From Octopus bimaculoides (taxonomy: Eukaryota): a stretch of DNA of 63,375 nt. Of the stretch, positions 36,460 to 50,493 are shown piece after piece. Position 1 is the stretch's first letter, and each line of letters begins with the position of its first letter. The notes beneath the pieces were generated by a model. That model was not told where the DNA came from. It did no database searches and worked only from the letters and a program-made list of their open reading frames with translations. Position numbers and translations under genes: made by a program. The DNA lies in NCBI RefSeq assembly GCF_001194135.2, contig NC_068981.1, forward strand, positions 146,150,294 through 146,213,668. Direction: 5' to 3'.

Positions 36460-36790
36460 TACTTTTCAGACATTTATAACGCATCAAAACTTCTGAATGG
36501 TTTACATGCAAACCGCCTCTACTTCTGTCAACCGTGATATTGGATTTTCCATATCTAAAGTACCCACATATACCATGTAATCGTTCCAGAAACCAACACA
36601 TCAAGAACTATATACAGTTTTGTTTTTATCCCAATGATGGACAATGTTTCAAGGTGCCTTTCCTTTTTAATTTGTTTCTATTATACACAAACCATTAACT
36701 AGTCAAACTCCACGATAGATGAAGCAATGTTTCATCCGCTACTCATTCTGAATCGTGAAGCTTATGATCTGGTCCTATTGGCCTAAACTA
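36460..36790 (-). mobile_element. Possible very decayed RTE-type RT fragment
   Basis: Weak resemblance only (IGPD..., KGTLKHC...). Confidence 0.3.
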
Positions 36791-37416
36791 TTAAATAAAG
36801 TCAACAGTCAGTTTTGTGTTAGCATATTTAATGCAGTGAGCATAGAATATCTAAGTAGAAACACCTATGTGGAGAGGAAAATGCAACATTAACTCGATTA
36901 TTTAGCAGCCTTGTGTTAACATATCTAGTGCAGAGGGTGAACAAAACATTTATGAGGAGAAGAAATCAGAAACATCTATGTGAAAATCTTTGTGGAGAAG
37001 AAAAGATATCGTAATTTCGTTAAGAATGAGAAACAACTTAAGACACGTTTCAAATCTATCAGATCTCATCTGCGAAGCATATGTTTCAAATTACTTGCCG
37101 AAGAAGTGAGAGACTTGTTCAGTAGAAACGCGATGTTGTAAACTTGAAGATCAATTACCCGGACACGCTATCGGCAAGAAAGACAACTGTTAAGTGAGTC
37201 ATATCATATCTCATGCATGGATCATTAAAAATATAAGTAAAAGTAGTTATGCGATGAGGAACAACACAATAATTTACTTTTGCATCCGTTCACGCGAATA
37301 TAAACATACAATCAAAGTACGTACACACACACACACAAACACACCCACACACCCACACACCCCATACACATACACACACTCACAAACACAATATATATAT
37401 ATATAATGTATATACA

Positions 37417-37453
<37 letters not shown>

Positions 37454-39309
37454 GATCAATTACGTTTGTGGACTTTTAGTTTCCATGCATACATCAATAT
37501 CAGATATAAACTAGAAGTAAACAAAGAATTCGATTAATACTGTTTTTGTTGTTGTTTAACTCCATGTCAACACTGATCGAACCAACCTACGATCAAATAT
37601 GTTTCAGCCGCAACCACTTCGTCTTTATACAGGCATCAAGAACTACATTCTTTAAAAATGTATCGTTTATCTGGCTGCTACATCATGCAAGTCGAGTGAC
37701 CACATAGAAGCTCAATCAAGATTGTTTTATTTTTCTTCTAATTGAAGTGGCAATTCTTATTCAAGTAAAATCAATTTTAAAAGAAATCAATTTTTTCGAT
37801 TTTGCACAAAATCTCTATAAGAAGGATATTTTTCTATGAAACGTAGACGATTAAACAGAATACAGATTTTGAAGTGTTGTATCTTAACTCTTTTCCTGTC
37901 CAAAGTATTTTAATAAGTTTGTCCTAAACATCCAAGCTTGTTTTAAAACTTTTTCATACTTTCTTGTTCGCCTTTGTTTCATACGTTCTGAGTAATATAA
38001 AGTTTTCCTTTAATAAGTCCAAAATTGCTCTAGTGGCTGAAAAATAAGTAATGTGTATTGTACAATGATGCATGGATATCAAGGAAATATATTCTGTGTA
38101 TGACATGTGATACACAGGACAGGCAAAGAGTTAATAGCTACATTGATTTTTAACATACGCCCGAAACCATAAATTTGAGAAGAGAAGTCTAACCGTTTAC
38201 ATTGACATCCAGTAGTCACTGGGAAACATTTTATCAACGCCAGACTGATGGAAACAAAACCTAAGCCAGAAGGTTTTGCACCCAGAAATAAAAAATATAT
38301 ATGTAAATACTGAAAAGCATTTGTTTGTCGGATGTTCTGACGATTTCGCCAGCCCACTTATCAATCTCCTTAACCTAATAACTTTAAGACGAAACAACGC
38401 AATCGCTCGGTCTGCTACAAAGTATATCGATAGCTGTACTTAACTGTTGTTTATTTTATAGATACCAAAAGGATGAAAAGTAAAGTTGACACCCATCATT
38501 GGAATCGAAATCAGAACATAATGAATTATAATTAACTACCGCTAGATGTTTAGTTCGTCAATTTACCGATCTCGCCAATGTCATTAAGCGCACTTATTGT
38601 AATTGTACTGAACACTGATAAATTAGAAAAAGGTCTTCTAGACACAAAGCAATAAGATGATGGGTTAAATGTTTTGAGTCAAGTTGCTGGACTTTTAGGT
38701 CCGTCACAGGCGTAGAGCGCTAACCTCTGTTTACTATCATAAAAATAGCTTTGCACAAACAATTATTATGTTGGTTTGAAAAAAGCATCCTCTACCATTC
38801 CCTCTAGACTATTAAGTGGACCAAATGCAGTCAAGGTATTTAGCATCAGTATGATAATAAAATAGTAAATTGTTTAGCACATGACGCTATAAGATTCCGG
38901 TTTTACATGTGAAGCTTTGTACATATTTCATCAAGAAATACAATTTACAATGGCATTTTACACTAGATTCATAAGGTCACCTGCCTCGAGAAGGGCATAT
39001 TTTCATTCCAAATATTCATTATTTTGGATTTAAAAAGTGTTCCAACTGGTCATTCTCTGAAGGTTTAAAGAATCAATGCCATGAGACTAAAAGGTTAAAT
39101 ATAAAGACGTCAGTTAAGTTTGTTTCATGTTTTAGAATCACAAATGTCAGCACACTCATATCGCCCACAAACACATGTACATACACTTATGTATGCATAT
39201 GTATATACGCATGTATGCTTATGTTTTGTATATATATATATATGTGTGCATATGTTTTGTACATATATGTATATGTATGTACGTATGTATGTATATATAT
39301 ATGTATATA

Positions 39310-39376
<67 letters not shown>

Positions 39377-39483
39377 NNNNNNNNNNNNNNNNNNNNNTAT
39401 GTATATATACACACATATATAGCATAAAGAATGATAAAAACAAGATACCGTATACATATGTATGTGTCTGTGTATATTTATGT

Positions 39484-39514
<31 letters not shown>

Positions 39515-39664
39515 TGTATGTATGTATGTATGTATGCATGTATACACATAACACACATACACAGAATATTTTCCCTTTCCACTAGAATAACAACCGCTCC
39601 CTAACAAAATAATGAGGCCCATGGTAGTGTTTCGGTACACATAGATCGTGTCAGTAAATGTATA

Positions 39665-39704
<40 letters not shown>

Positions 39705-40284
39705 ATTTGTGGTTGTGTGCGTGCGTGTGGATATAAATATGCTGACACGCTCGATTGAAAAATATATTAAACGTTTTGCAGTTTTTCATAACATCACTAA
39801 TGCTATTGTTGCTGTTTGGCCCCCAACCTGATGGACCAGACCGATTATCAAAGGCGTTCCAGTCATGTTCCTTACATCTTTTTGTAAATCTCGTCTTGTG
39901 TTCTCCGACGTCTCTTGCCTTTTTCTTTAGTTTATTTTATTTTTTTATTTTGTTAGGGTAAGATTTGACGGAGATTTAGTTGCTTAGTCGTTGGCTCAAA
40001 TCTAATTCATGTTGTTGATGATTACTCCAGGGCAAGGTTTGATCAAGTAGAAATACAAAGAGAGTCATTTCGAAGCATAATCATCGAGTATCATTTTTAA
40101 CTCATGAATAGAACTGTATAATTCAATTTGTCTTTTTCTTTTTTTTAAGACGGTAAGTGATTACTTGAAGAAAATTTAACGGCTTCTTCTGGCACATCAA
40201 ACGAGTCAATAGAAGTCTCTCGGTTAATTTGTGAGCAATTCAACAATATGAGGCGCGGACTGCAAGGTAGCTTGGTACCATCCT

Positions 40285-40665
40285 TTTTGACCACCCATTC
40301 ATCCATTCTCGGCAACCATTATTCCTGATAGAGTTGTGAGTGAGTGTAGAACATTTCCTTCATAGAAGCGTATCAGAAGCAACCGTCATTACTCTTTCCT
40401 GCCGGATTCCCAAGCGCGATCAACTGATATTATGGATATTATTCAATCATCTCACTCGTGGTCTACCCTTAGGTCTCCTGCAGGTTGGTTTGGCTCAAAG
40501 AATCCGTTTTGCGATCTTTTGCTGCTGCATTCTTACCACATGTCTGTAGTGACCTCACAATGTGTATAGGTAGTGGTTCAACATGGAGGGACACCTTGAT
40601 ATCAGAGGTACGCATCTGTCGAGTAACGTAACTCCAGTGATCCTTTTGAGAAAATATAAGCATTA
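40285..40665 (-). mobile_element. RTE-clade LINE 3' end
   Basis: GVTLLD..RTSDIKVSLHVEPL; KRIL.AKPTCRRPKGRPRVR-stop; RLGIRQERVMTVASD. Confidence 0.8.
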
Positions 40666-40946
40666 ACGGAGATATTTTGTTACTTAGAAAGCATCACAAG
40701 TGACGTAAGCTACGACTGATAACTATTGTACGTAGGTTTTGTATGACTTTACCAGCGGCATTCTCATTCTATATAACTTTACCTCAATGCATGTATATAA
40801 GTTCGTCTTGTTTTATTTTTCAAATTTCTCACCGATCATGACTCTGTTTCCAAGTTAGAAACAAGATTCAAATTTAAGCAGCATCAATTTAGTTGTAATG
40901 TATACTCGTGTGCCTGTATGTATCAATGCATGTATATATATAAAAA

Positions 40947-40989
<43 letters not shown>

Positions 40990-41089
40990 AAGTATAAATT
41001 TCTTTGCGTGCGTGAATCTGTATACTTTAATTTACATGCGGAGCATGTGCATGTATGTTTACTCGTTTGTATATGCAATACATGCCAAA

Positions 41090-44000
41090 AATTTCTAGAA
41101 TGTTTTAAATATTTGCACAGTTCTCTTAATGGCTTATAATTGTAAATCTTAATTAGCGGTATCCTTTTGGGATTTGTGAAGCTCAGTTTCTTAAGACTGG
41201 TGTTGAAACAACAAGTTACAGTTTCACAGTAATTACAAGTACAAAAAAGCTATGTATCAGCTAATATTTCATTAGTTCGCCGTGGATGTTTTTATTTTTA
41301 ATCATCTTTCACATTATGTTAACATCTGCTGGGCAATTAACTTTGACAACTATGCACACTTTTTCTCTATCCCAAACAATTAAGTCTGGTCTGTTACGCC
41401 TCTATTTTACTGAAGTCTTGATAAGAACATTCCACCATTATTCTTTCAAATTATGAGTGAGTCTGCCTCCTGATGACTCCGTTAGTTCTTATATTTTGAT
41501 CTTTAGAACTGTACTATCCACGGATTACATTGTATAATGTTTCGATCACGATATCATGCTACAAAGGATATTTTTTGACAATAATTTTGGATGGCTTTTT
41601 ACGATAGGAGTGATGCATTTGACGTTAATTTCACACAGTCTGCTTCAATCGTCGCATCTAGATATTTTACTTGTTTCACTATCCTTTTTTTGTACAAGTA
41701 TTTTGGTATCGTGGTGTGTGCGTACGAGTAGATGTAATCGTCTTACCTCGGTTTTCCTTTCCTCGACTGCGAGTCCGTCTTGCGGTATCCGATCCTCGAA
41801 GCTTGCCCCGACCCAAGGTACACCAGGTATAGCAGCTGCTTCTCCCAAACCTTCCCAAACCTAGACCGTCGCTTAACAGGTCTTGTCCTGACCGCAACCC
41901 CGTTCGAAAAGGGCACGAACGCCGATCGAGGCTCCCTCTGCCCTGTTTCCCCTTCCGGTCGACTCGCCCTTCCGGTCAGCCTCCCCAGACACTGACGTCA
42001 TGCCACAGGTATCACCTGTTCTTGGAATGTGAGAAGATATCATACAAAGAGGTAACATATTGGTTGTTAGTAATAGACAAAGTACAGAGGTTATTTTAGA
42101 CACTCTTACTTTGAAGCGTCCAAACAACGTAGCAAAGTATGGCCTTCTCATGGTGTGCATTCAGTCGATGTGTTGCGGTAGAGATAGATGTCTTTGGTCA
42201 TAAGTCGGGAAACATTTTCCGAGGATCACTTTCTCCCTTATAATCCATGCTATCCGCATCATATATTCATGTTTTCTACGACATGTTTTCATGAAATTTT
42301 CGCTATATATTCATGTCATCTGCGCCATGTATTCATACTTAATCCAGGGATACATTTCAAAGGGATATTATGCAACATACAAAGGTTGTTTGGATCTATA
42401 TTAAGCCCCAGCTTTCAGGTCATCTACAAAGAATCTATGTACTAGGTTGGTGTTTCTCTCCCCTTCAGATTTTTCTGAACAAAAAAGGTGAAGGAATTTA
42501 CAGGATATATGCACTATCCAAGCGAGACTGTCTCCTTGGAATATACTCCTGCAATGCTGTATCCTATCAGTCGCAATACGATCAGTTTCTGTATTTATCT
42601 TCAGATTGGTGGTCCAATGAAGTTAGGTTGCCTATGTTCTGATATCGATCTATGAAACTTTCGTAGATAGAATGGTCTCTAGCATCGGCGGGAAACAGAA
42701 TTTTCGTGTTATGACATAAGACTGTAACCAAGTCCTTCGTACGCCTTTGCACATTTGATACCTCAAATTTGTCCACAATACTCCGAATTTCCCCTTATTC
42801 TCCTGTTACTTGGTCGGATGATATCAAAGGGATTCTGAGGGAATAGGTTTAGACTAGTTGTATACATTTATGCATGAAACTCACCGATGCATTTTTCGCG
42901 ATTTATGCGGCTTTGTGTTTTGTGTTGGTTCTTCCAACACCAACCAGTTTTGTGGGATTGTATCTCTATTGAAAGCTTGCTGGTAAAGATTGATAGCTCC
43001 GATACGTCAAATTTCTGTACTAGTTTCCGAAAATCAAGTCTCAGTGCTCTCTTATCCTGAGGATTTTTTCAATCACAGTCTCAAGGGAAACATCATTTAT
43101 GCATATCTTTGGGGCAGTACAAGAAAAAGACTTCATGGAGAATTTCTTCTTATCCACGCTGTGTAATGATTAAGTACCATCTCCTCACTCCAGATTTTTC
43201 TCCACAATGGATCTGCATCTTCCTGAGAAAGAGACTCTATAATGCTTATTGATTATTTCTCCATATCTCTGTAAACTGCTGATTGCTTACAATTGATTTT
43301 GTTAATTATTTTCTTTTTCAGTAATTCTCTGGTAAAAGTTTTCAAATGAAAGCTCTGAAGATCTGCTTGGGCTAATTATTTTTCACTCAAGTGTTCTCGT
43401 TTTATCATCTACAAACATTGCTTCCATTTCATCTTTCAGTTTTGTTGCTAATGTTATTTGTTTGTATACGATAAGATTCGTTAGATCAACGATCTCTTTT
43501 ACCAGTTTTCCAAATCCATTATGGCACTTTTTCATCGTTTTGCATTTGTTTATGTTTTCGTAACTCCAAGATATTACTCTGAAGTTGTTTAGGGAACAAA
43601 TACACACGTAAAATTTGTTGAAATGAAGGGACATTACTCTGTTGCAACCTTTTCCTCTCGATTTCTTTTCTTACTCTTTATATCAGCTCAGTTAGTCCTG
43701 CCGGTGAAGAGAGTTCTTTCTTGTAGCGAGAGGTTTAAATTGAAATAGTCTTTTCTTGAAATATTGCACTAAGAATATATTTCAATTGTTTATATTCGTC
43801 ACACTTTTAGCTCGTTGTACACTTATCTTCATTGTTGTTACAGTCACTGACATTGTAATGCCGATTACTAGCATGACTGCGAGATAACGTTGTAATAGCA
43901 GGAATCTGGTCTGTTGGGACATGTGTTGTTATCATAAGTTCGTTCTAGTAAAGTTTTATTCGTGTCATATAGCCAACAGAGTTCTTGTTCGCCACTTTGC

Positions 44001-44222
44001 AGTAATTAAAAAGAATCATTGAGATCACAACTCTAGGTAACAAGAGATTCGATTTTTTAAAAGTAAAATCAGTTTCATTTAAAATTAAAAAGATTCTGTT
44101 TACCCTTCTCAATTATATTTTTGTTCTGTTCTTCATCAATGCTGTTAATATTATGTGCAGAATTGTAAACTGTAGCAAATGTCTGCATTGCGAATTCAAG
44201 TTTCAGTTGGGTATCGTGAAGT

Positions 44223-44224
<2 letters not shown>
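41090..44224 (-). mobile_element. Long decayed RLE-type LINE (copy C), interrupted by an LTR-like insert
   Basis: In order on the minus strand: GYMTRIK; PLWRKIWSEE; IPQNWLV; GIFQGDSL-like; HRFFVDDLK; [insert]; WWNVLIKT..NRPDLIVWDREKVCIVVKVNCPADVNI; AIKRTVQIFKTF. Confidence 0.8.
41531..42007 (-). mobile_element. GC/CpG-rich solo-LTR-like insertion
   Basis: TG...CA termini (TGTATAA...TGCCACA on plus), abrupt GC rise, internal short direct repeats, nested in a LINE. Flanks TACAT and GGTAT are not a clean TSD. Confidence 0.45.
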
Positions 44225-44254
<30 letters not shown>

Positions 44255-44265
44255 TGTATGTATGT
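44225..44265. repeat. (TATG)n tract between LINE copies C and B
   Basis: Direct reading. Confidence 0.95.
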
Positions 44266-44525
44266 CTCTTCTATTTTTCAATTATTATAAATCTTCCACT
44301 GAGGAGGGAGCCGGTTATCAACAAAGATACAAGGTTCCGTCTTTGGGATGTAGTTAACACAGACAAATTCATATTTGGAACTTCAGAAAAGTCTTGCATA
44401 TTTTTACTGTTCCACTCACAGATTGCACTTGTAATGTACGAATTAGCCAGTCGATTTCTCTTTCTGAAAATCCCAGTTTATCCTGATTCTCCTTTAAGCA
44501 TTTACTAACAAAACCTAGTGTTTCA
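44266..44525 (-). mobile_element. Short 5'-truncated RLE-type LINE (copy B), flanked by (TACA)n on both sides
   Basis: ETLGFVSKCLKENQDKLGFSEREIDWLIRTLQVQSVSGTVKICKTFLKFQI-stop with an open frame, then ~100-bp 3' UTR. Confidence 0.85.
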
Positions 44526-44609
44526 TGTATGTATGTATGTATGTATGTATTTATGTATGTATGTGTGCATGTATGCATGTATGTATATATGTATGAATGT
44601 ATGTATGTA
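44526..44609. repeat. (TATG)n tract between LINE copies B and A
   Basis: Direct reading. Confidence 0.95.
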
Positions 44610-45480
44610 ACTTTATCTTTTAATTCTTTGAATTATTTATATTAAGAAGTTGCTTAGAAAACAGCTAAGGTATATATAGAGCTACATTTTAAATATTAAA
44701 AAGTTTCGTATATTTTCCCTGTACCTCTTGCAGATTAAATTTGTAGAATTAAAATTAAATTCCCTCTTTCTTTCCCTAAAAACTCCAGATTTTTTAGATT
44801 ACTATTCACACTCTTAGCAACATCACATAACCGAATAATCTAATGATTATGGACACAAGTATAAATTAGTCATCTGAAGATAGAATTTGGGTGTTTTGGT
44901 GCTATTAATCAAATATTTTTCTCACTAATTTTGAACGAAATATTTACATCTGATGGGCAGCTGAACTCCATCATACAATATGAAATTTGTTTTTATATTC
45001 CAAACAATATATTTGGAATATTGCGAACATTTGGTGGTTATGTTACATCAATATTCTTCAGTTTGAAATGAGTGAATATACTCGACGCAAGAAATACCTT
45101 GTTTCCAGGGAAGACTTTTCTGCGAATGGAACTGTATATTATTTTGGCAACAGCTTTATACTATCTTGCTGACATTTCTTAGCTACTGCTGATTACATGT
45201 GTAATCTCAACGATTTGTGATGTAATCGACATTTTCGGTAGTATTTGGGGAGTTAAAAGACTTCACCCTCTCTTTCTTTAAACGCGTAGTTTGTAGTTGC
45301 CTCTTGCTCTTGTATTGAAAATGCATAACCTTCAAAATGTGACGTGATGTAATGGTCACGAGACCAGGGGAGGTTACACTTCCTGTCGATGTTGACATTC
45401 TCAAATTTCCTGGAAATCTACTCATGCATAACCTTTTGTTCTTATGCAGTGTATTTCCCTTTTAGGTTTTGTATTGAAGT
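44610..45480 (-). mobile_element. RLE-type LINE copy A (C-terminus, possibly with a 5' end joined by internal deletion)
   Basis: 44680-45200 gives IVMEFSCPSDVNISFKISEK...PIII..FGYV...RGTGKIYETF.IFKM-stop. Assigning 45210-45480 as its 5' part is tentative. Confidence 0.7.
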
Positions 45481-45987
45481 ATGTTCGTATGCCTGAATGC
45501 ATGTTTATATGTAGGCATATATGTATGTCTGTTTGCATGTAAGTATGTATGTAAGTATGTATGTATGTACGTAAGTACATACTTTATGCATATATGTATG
45601 TATGTTCTCTTTATGATCGGAGTTTTAGATCCCATTTTAGGCGAGCGTTTGCACGATGGTAGAGTTAAAAAGAAAAGGCAAAAAAAAAACGACTTCCTTT
45701 CCTTTCGTCATTCTTTGTGCAGCCTACTACTCTATATTTTATAAAATTCTGGAATATTTTGATTGTCTCAAATTTCTAGTGTTTATTGTCAGTAGTTATG
45801 AATTATGAGGTTACGTTCTATATTAGTAGTCAATTTTAATGGTCCTTTATTTAATCCACATAGGAACGATGAAAGAAAGTGTGAACCTGGCGGGATTTGA
45901 ACTAACAACGTAAAAAAACGAACCCAAACATCAATAGATATTTTGACTGATGGTTTACTGATTCTAGCATGGTTTTATAAGATATAT

Positions 45988-46205
45988 AATGATTTCAAAT
46001 TTTGGTAAAAGGCCAGCAATTTTGGAAGAGGATGTAAGTCGATTACACCAACCCCAGGGCTCAGCTGGTACTTATTTCATTGACCACGAAAGGATGAAAG
46101 GCACAGTCGACCTCGGCAGAATTTGAACTCAGAACACAAGGACGGACGATATGCCGCTAAGCATTTTGCTCGGCGTGCTAACGATTCTGCTAGCTCGCCG
46201 CCTTG
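45988..46205 (-). mobile_element. SINE family B
   Basis: Aligns by eye to other B copies. Confidence 0.9.
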
Positions 46206-47459
46206 TTCGTAAGGTATGTATCTATTTGTAACATAGTCACAAGATCTCAAATTTTGATGGCTGGAAAATGTTGATACAATCGATATTAAGATTGGTCTTA
46301 GTTCCTGATTAGCACAGGAACTTCTTTTAATGCAACAGGAAAAATGAAGGGTAAAGATAACACTGGCGGGATTCGAAATCAAGGCGTCAAATTGCGTTAC
46401 AAGATATCTACAGAGTTTTTTCAATGATTTATTTATTCTTCCATCAATTGCAGATTGCATTCGAAAGTTATTTAATTGTTTGATAAGTACTTATTTAACA
46501 GTCTGTTTTCTTTCGTAACATGATGCACGTTTACAATAGAATAAAATTAGGTCAAAGTGTTTGGTTAAAATTTTTCTTTAATTTAGTTTGTTGAGGGAAG
46601 AGTGACTTTGACGAGGTCAGGGAAAACGGAATGTCAAAATGCTGATGTTTTAGATGGGTAATTGGGAGAATTTACTAGTACGGGCTTCCGAGTGAGATAG
46701 TATAAAGGTAACGCGCCAAACGTGTAGCAGCAGGGAGAACTCAGATATGGTAGAATTCCATTACGATCCTTCAGGAGAATTGCAGAGGATCAGTAATTGA
46801 TTAGAGCTGAACAATTTTCTAAACGTCAATGCAGATATAACTGCACCATGTATTTGAGACTGTCAACTTTTGTTCTGTTTATGATGGGTTTCATAGTTTC
46901 TGTATGTAATGTACCGTACAAAAAACTGACAAAATGTACGGAGCATGAAATTCGGTTTGAAAATACCTTAGCATCAATAGAGGCTATTAAAATGTAGTCA
47001 ATGTAATTTCTTAAAACAAACACACATTAGAAATGTCTTACATATACATATGTTTCTCTGTATGTATAATTGATTCATGCACATATGTGTGCATGCTAGT
47101 ATGCAAGCACGTATCTCTGTATGATGACTCTGGTTATGTAGATGTGTATATGACTTTGTATGGTTGATTGTATAAACGTATGTATATATGTACTTATTAA
47201 TGTATATATGAATACAAGGGTGAACAATGTACGTATGAATTAACGACGTATATATGTATAAATATAAGCATACATGGTTATTTGTATGTATACCAAATAT
47301 AAATTCTATCCCGATCAGTCGATAAAACATATTTATTGTGGTTTTGCGAACAATGACTCTTGGAATTTATATCCATATATCATTTATTTCTGTTGGGAAT
47401 ATAAAGCTTATAAACTCCGTTTGAATAGAAGATATATTAAATCACAGAGACATGTGCAC

Positions 47460-47479
47460 ATATATGCAGTCGCATGTAC

Positions 47480-47558
<79 letters not shown>

Positions 47559-47918
47559 TAAACGTTCTCTCTGTCTTTCTCTCATTCTTTTTACCTCTAT
47601 CATTGTCTGCCCACTCGTAATCATATAAACATTCACTGGCTGAGAAATTTACACTTTCATATATACATAGCTCTCTTCCCCTTCCTTCTACATGTATACA
47701 TACATTCATACACACATACACACATACATACACATATACATATGTATATATGCATGTATGCATGTATGCATGTATGGGTGCTTGTCTATATATTCATAAA
47801 TATATGTATATGTGTATATAGATGTGTGTGTCGACATATCTGAATTACAACACATTTACATATATATATACATATATATGTCAATTTGCTTATAAATAAA
47901 TATATATATATATACATG

Positions 47919-47957
<39 letters not shown>

Positions 47958-47964
47958 GCGCGCG

Positions 47965-47998
<34 letters not shown>

Positions 47999-48680
47999 CA
48001 CGCCTGTGTCTGTATACACACTGAGGGGTAGATACACATATATGTCCACGTAAAAAACAGATTTATGCACAAATCTAAAGCAGATCGGTATATGAAACAC
48101 TCTCACAAATTCTCACTCACACAAGCTCACAAACGGTAATACAAATATATATACACACACATGAATCAAGTTGGAAAAAAAGACAAGCAAAATTGTTAAA
48201 AATGATGAATGATTTTTCTTGAACTTCTTGGAAATTGTTTAAAATATTCATAAATTTAATATCTGAGATCTATTTAGACCATTAATTATGGATACAATGT
48301 TTATTCGCTTGTTTTATGCTATGCATGTTTGTTTGTATGTATGTATGTATGTATGTATGTATGTATGTATGTATTCTGTGTATGTATACATATGTGTGTG
48401 TATCCATGTGTTTGTGCATATATGTATATATGCATGTGTGCATCCAACTATGAATGCTTGCATGCCTTCGCATATATGTTCATGTACATATCAATATATT
48501 TGTGTACGTTTATATGTACATACACACATACATACATATATATGTGTTTGTGTGTGTGTATGTGTGTGCATGTCTGTGCGCATGTATGTGTGTGTGCGTG
48601 CGTGTTCGTATGTGCGCGCGTGTGCTTGTGTGTGTGTGTGCTTGTGTGTTTGTGTATGCATATATATGAATGCATATATG
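47460..48680. repeat. Extended TA/CA/TATG microsatellite-rich region
   Basis: Direct reading; source of many spurious ORFs. Confidence 0.9.
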
Positions 48681-48849
48681 TATGTTTTCTATTTCCTTTA
48701 GTTTTACTAAAATTATTCTTTGAACTATCCAAGCCGGTCATCCAGTGCCAAAGCTTCCTTTTAAATCAAGACAGCTCTTGGAATGTATGAATATGTGTGT
48801 ATGTCATTATGTCGTATGAACATATGCAGATATGTAATGGTATGTATAT

Positions 48850-49200
48850 TCTCATTCAAGGAAACTCAAATGGAGAACATTTATGATGTTTTACACATCT
48901 TCAATTTCATTAATGGGTTGTGTTGAGAAGTGAGCTAGATTCGTTCTTTTTTGGAACACCAGCGTTTCCAAACTTTCATGCAAATCTTTTCTTACATAAT
49001 CTCTAATACTCATAAGAATAGGTACAAATGAAAATATGAGGCTTAACTTCAGATATGGTTAGAGGAATAGAAGCTTCGGAGTTCCAAAGTAGGAAACAAA
49101 AGGCATTATATTCTCATATGGTAGCGGAATATCATTTGTATTTCTAATTAAAAAATTGCCTATTAATTTTCTGCATGAAACCATTGGTACTAAATTATTA
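48850..49200 (-). mobile_element. Decayed C-terminus of the same RLE LINE family as copies A-C
   Basis: VPILMSIRDYV..LHESLETLVF...AAGATGTGTAAAACATC (KMCKTF-like), followed by degenerate CATA-rich sequence. Confidence 0.55.
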
Positions 49201-49429
49201 ATCTAAATTCCGTTAAGTACTTATTTTCCAGCTTTACGGTGTCGAGTACACATACTTCTAATTCGCCAATAACGTATATATGTATATGCTATCATAAAAC
49301 AGAGACATCAAATGCTTCAATTGCATGGCAACTCATTAGTCATCATCTATAAATACAAAATCTGGTTGCCTCTTGACATCTCTGATTGAGGCTTGGGTGC
49401 AAGTTGTATAAATGAAAGCAAGCTAAAAC

Positions 49430-49473
<44 letters not shown>

Positions 49474-49532
49474 TTATTACATACATACGTATACATATGT
49501 GTGCAATTATATACACACATACACACGCACAT

Positions 49533-49620
49533 ATCATCAGCATCATCATTTAACGTCCGTTGTCCTTACTGGCATGGGTTGGACGGTCTAACTAGGCTGG
49601 CTTGCTGGATGGCCCTACCA
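49533..49620 (-). mobile_element. 3' end of an RTE-associated repeat with (GAT)n tail
   Basis: CATCATCATTTAACGTCCGTTGTCCTTACTGGCATGGGTTGGACGG; family identity is recalled. Confidence 0.5.
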
Positions 49621-50409
49621 TGAATGTCCCAAATACATATCGATACTCATCCACGTAACACGCATTTCAGTTCCTCTGTTTAAAACATCTATCCATCTAA
49701 CCATCTATTCGTCCACCAAGATATCGCTACATTTGTAGCCGAATAATTTTATTCCATATAATTATGAACTCTCTATCACAGACACTGTAATTATAGAGTG
49801 AAACTGCTAGATTAATTTATGACGCATGCACAGAAAACCAATCAGTATCATTGCTACTAATTATATAAGGCGATGACTGTTTTAACTCCAGTATATTATC
49901 TCTGATCCCTCTAGATTTTGTGCTAATAGTTCTACATACATACAAATGAAATAGACCCCACCTCTTTCTTTCTCTCCTTTTTTCCCCTTTCACGCGCTTT
50001 CTTCTTATCGCCTATTCTCCATCTCCCCCTTCTGTATTTTCTTCTCTTCCTCTGACCTCTCTCTCTCTTTATCAGCCTCTCTCAATCCCTCCTGCTCAAT
50101 CTCACGCCCTCCCCCCCACCACACTTATATCTTTCTTTTCATATTTTGCTGCAGAACGAATTTTTCTCATATGTTTTCTTTCAATTACGCACATTACGTT
50201 TTTCAGAGCTAAATATATATAATTGAGAGTTGATATATAAATAATCAATAAAAAAAAGTTGATATATTCGATTTATGAAAGAAGATTATATGCAATGCTT
50301 TTCTTTGAATTCTTTGGAATAAGTTAAAGTGATTTTTTAAAATAGATATGGGCTAAGATAGATATTTAGTATTGATGTGTAACTGGTTAATGGTACTGTG
50401 GTATCTTAG

Positions 50410-50410
<1 letters not shown>

Positions 50411-50490
<80 letters not shown>
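50411..50490. repeat. (AAT)n microsatellite
   Basis: Direct reading. Confidence 0.95.

Positions 50491-50493
<3 letters not shown>

Noticed and set aside
39080-39112. piggyBac-like end (GAGACTAAAAGGTTAA)
   Set aside because: No matching left terminus could be found.
41556-42160. Overlapping ORFs in the GC-rich island
   Set aside because: Expected by chance from high GC; no domain similarity recognised.
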